This document shows positions 28,153 to 28,308 of a stretch of DNA of 28,308 nucleotides, piece by piece; position 1 is the first letter of the stretch; every line of letters starts with the position of its first letter. The stretch lies in the IMG/VR virus record IMGVR_UViG_3300045988_152359; one strand, 5' to 3'. Below the pieces are notes generated by a model that saw only the letters and a program-made list of their open reading frames with translations, did not search any database and was not told where the DNA came from. A program made the translations under genes and the position numbers. Origin of the DNA: a virus (lineage: Duplodnaviria; Heunggongvirae; Uroviricota; Caudoviricetes).

Positions 28153-28308
28153 TTACGCTTCCTGCTCTTTCTTGATACGTTGCACCGTCTGTGTGCTGAC
28201 ACTGAAATCTTTTGCTACGCTCCGAATTGATCCACCATTCGCGAGAGCGGCAACAATTCCCGCTCGATCAATTGCTTTTCCATTACCACGTTTTGCTATA
28301 CGTCCAGC
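28153..28308 (-). CDS. Serine recombinase (resolvase/invertase family), C-terminal HTH end; partial - the gene continues beyond the window
   Basis: 52 in-frame codons to a TAA at 28153-28155: ...GRIAKRGNGKAIDRAGIVAALANGGSIRSVAKDFSVSTQTVQRIKKEQEA, matching the G-R-x-x-K plus HTH pattern of resolvase C-terminal domains. Confidence 0.5.
   Translation of the reverse strand, partial: AGRIAKRGNGKAIDRAGIVAALANGGSIRSVAKDFSVSTQTVQRIKKEQEA

Overview
This window is the late (right) arm of an enterobacterial (E. coli-like) mosaic prophage, followed by the prophage end and a small decayed island. From left to right: a prophage-encoded porin (NmpC/Lc-like, minus strand); a lambdoid lysis cassette (S21-type pinholin, SAR endolysin, Rz with embedded Rz1) and the Bor lipoprotein; an HNH endonuclease with small and large terminase subunits; an HK97-type head module (portal, prohead protease, major capsid, connector proteins); a Mu-like contractile tail module (sheath, tube, frameshifted chaperone pair, tape measure, gpN/gpP-like proteins, baseplate V/gp46/J/gp48); a tail fibre whose C-terminus and assembly chaperone sit in a Pin/Gin-type invertible segment with both crossover sites visible; the Pin invertase; and a terminal cargo gene with an N-terminal GIY-YIG nuclease domain at the position where e14 carries mcrA. 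A 66-nt 3' fragment of tRNA-Ser(CGA) at 24892-24957 probably marks the prophage att boundary. Beyond it lie an AT-rich AppY/YdeO-like AraC regulator, an IS2-like transposase remnant, a 46-nt tRNA-Thr(CGU) 3' fragment (second att remnant), an ORF-poor AT-rich stretch containing a small ORF broken by a perfect 23-bp tandem duplication, and the C-terminal end of a serine recombinase running off the window. The best candidate for an undescribed system is the GIY-YIG cargo protein. All calls rest on reading the translations and sequence by eye; no database search was possible and gene symbols are by recalled analogy to DLP12/e14.
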